From positions 62,001-126,000 of the forward strand of contig RHPI01003599.1 in the NCBI GenBank assembly GCA_009103225.1: a stretch of 64,000 nt of DNA, written 5' to 3'. The position numbers were made by a program, and so were the translations under genes. Below, one piece after another: positions 62,071 to 64,000 of this stretch. Numbering within the stretch: the stretch's first letter is position 1; every line of letters begins with the position of its first letter. The notes beneath the pieces were generated by a model, which made no database searches, was not told the DNA's origin, and saw nothing but the letters and a program-made list of their open reading frames with translations. Source of the DNA: Chlorokybus atmophyticus (lineage: Eukaryota; Plantae; Mesostigma and Chlorokybus algae).

Positions 62071-64000
62071 ATGGGGGAGAGGATACTGCAACGCGTGCTC
62101 CTGCCGCCGGAGCACGCCGACAAGCCCGCCCTGGTGGTCACGGATGGCGGGCCGGCGATCACCTACAAGCAGCTTGCCCAGCAGGTGTTTGTGCCTTTTT
62201 CTGGCCTGCCCTGGCCTGGTGGTGGTGTGTCTTAGCTTGCATGCTGGTGCAGGTGGATTCCGTCGCCGAGCAGCTGGCTGGTTTTGGCCTGAAGAAAGGC
62301 GACGTGGTGACGCTAGTGCTGCCCAACAGCCTGGAGAACGTGGTGGTGTTCTTGGCTGTTGCCTCCAGGCTGGGTGCCGTCGCCGCCCCACTAAACGCCA
62401 CCTACACGGAGGAGGAGTTCAAGTTCTACATTGAGGATGCTGAGAGCAAGGCCGTGGTGCTGTTTAGGGAGGAGGGGAAGAATGCCGCTGCAAAGGCGGC
62501 GGGCAACAGCCTGAAGCTGCCCATGTTTGTTGCTCAGGCCGACGACAAGGGCGTCATCACCCTCACGCATGTCGCCAGCTCCGCCGCCCCGGCCTCGGCT
62601 CACAACGATTTGGCTGTCCCGTCTGAGGATGATGAAGCGCTCTTCTTGCACACCTCAGGGACAACTTCAAAACCCAAGGTAATGCGTGAAACAAACATGC
62701 ATGCCCATGCATGCATGTTTTACGAGCGCATTGTGCATATGTAACCAGTAAACCAACACCTCTCTGTAAACTACACTGTCAGTATGCACTTTACAGCTTG
62801 CAGTGTCAGCACATTGTGCGGGCATTGCACTCTTTGCAGTCCCATGCTCCTCCCCCACCGCACCTTCTCGGCTACGTGTGAAGTGTGATGCTCGAATGTT
62901 ATGCGAACACCATGCCACGTTTGGTGCATGGCGTAGTGGTAAGCCCAGCTGTCCAGCCAGTCAGCATCTTTCGCCCTTGCATGCACTGGATGTTGATGTC
63001 TCGTTGGCATGTGAGGTTAGAGTAGTCAACAGCATGACTGAGTGTTGTGGCTTATAGCAGCACTGGTCGTCAAGAAGGCTGAGGTGACATGCAGCTGGTC
63101 TCAAGATACAATGAAGCATTAGTTTGTTAGCTTAATAGCTGAAGACCCCCCCCCTCCCCGTCTTTCTATCTTTCCATATCCTTGCGTGTTGTGCAGGGTC
63201 CAGTTAGGGTCCAGTAATGGCTGTTCCTTGTGTGATCATCTGTACACTTGTTGGGCTACATTCCCCCCCTCCCCCCTTTTATTGTGCTACTCGTAGCACT
63301 AAACCATATAATGAAGGGGCCAGGCTTGTGAGTATACTTGTGGTTTGCAGTCTTGTGCGCATGCTCGCAATTGAAGGCCACGCATTGCGCAGGGCGTGCC
63401 GCTGTCTCAGAAGAACCTTAGCATATCAATCAAGAATATAGTTGCAACCTACGAGCTTTCACCCGCGGACCGCAACCTGTTGGTGATGCCACTCTTCCAC
63501 GTGCACGGGCTTATGGCAGCACTGCTCGCCACGCTTGCTTCCGGCGGTGCAGTCATTATTCCTTCCAAAGGCGCATTTTCAGCATCCAGCTTCTGGACAT
63601 ATATTGAACAATACAGTTGCACATGGTACACGGCCGTGCCCACCATACACCACATCTTGCTCTCGAGAGCGAAGCAGGACTTCCCGGACGGCAAACACCC
63701 GCCGAAGCTGCGATTCATCAGAAGCTGCAGCGCCGCGCTCGTGCCAGCCGTGTTAAAAGAGCTGGAAGAGAAGTTTCAAGCTCCGGTGCTTGAGGCGTAT
63801 GCTATGACTGAAGCGTCTCACCAAATGACTTCAAACCCGTTGCCTTCAAGAGGGCCGCACAAGGCGGGAACTGTTGGGCTCGGGACGTACGTGGAGGTTG
63901 TCATTCTTGATGACAACAACCAGAAGCTGCCGCCAGGAAAGGTGGGAGAGATTTGCATCAAGGGTGAGAATGTCACTTCTGGGTACAAGAACAACCCCGC
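62071..64000 (+). CDS. AAE3: Oxalate--CoA ligase (AAE3/PCS60-type acyl-activating enzyme), 3'-partial
   Basis: LNATYTEEEFKFYIED, ALFLHTSGTTSKPK|GVPLSQKNL, VMPLFHVHGL, TWYTAVPTIH, LRFIRSCSAAL, LEAYAMTEASHQMTSNPLP; exons 62071-62184, 62253-62678, ~63394-end. Confidence 0.92.

Overview
Eukaryotic nuclear DNA: spliceosomal introns, six N-gaps, microsatellites; no CRISPR, rRNA or convincing tRNA. Gene content (FRIGIDA-like, plant-type SKA3, Pollen Ole e 1/PAC-extensin, AAE3, LAMMER kinase) together with the axonemal gene CFAP43 suggests a flagellated-stage streptophyte (charophyte) green alga; this is an inference. Positions 1-10.7 kb are a decayed accessory patch: a retrotransposon gag-polyprotein on the minus strand, a protease plus cytosine-methyltransferase retrotransposon fragment on the plus strand, two intron-containing NOL6/Utp22 3' gene fragments and a small gene with 11-mer repeats. 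Positions 11-64 kb hold a secreted phytase-like protein, SUV3, a HtrL/YibB-family glycosyltransferase-like gene, a MYND pseudogene, a PAC-extensin, a LAMMER kinase, SKA3, CFAP43, FRIGIDA-like and AAE3 (runs off the end). Palindrome-rich, transposon-like islands lie between the genes. Most notable: (1) a LAMMER/CLK kinase whose N-terminus looks like a signal peptide or membrane anchor; (2) an oscillating C/A- versus G/T-rich strand skew running through exons and introns of several genes and apparently steering codon choice; (3) several frame-required GC-AG introns; (4) the DNMT-bearing retrotransposon relic fused to a host NOL6 fragment. All gene models were built by eye and all homologies were recognised from memory; none were confirmed by a database search.
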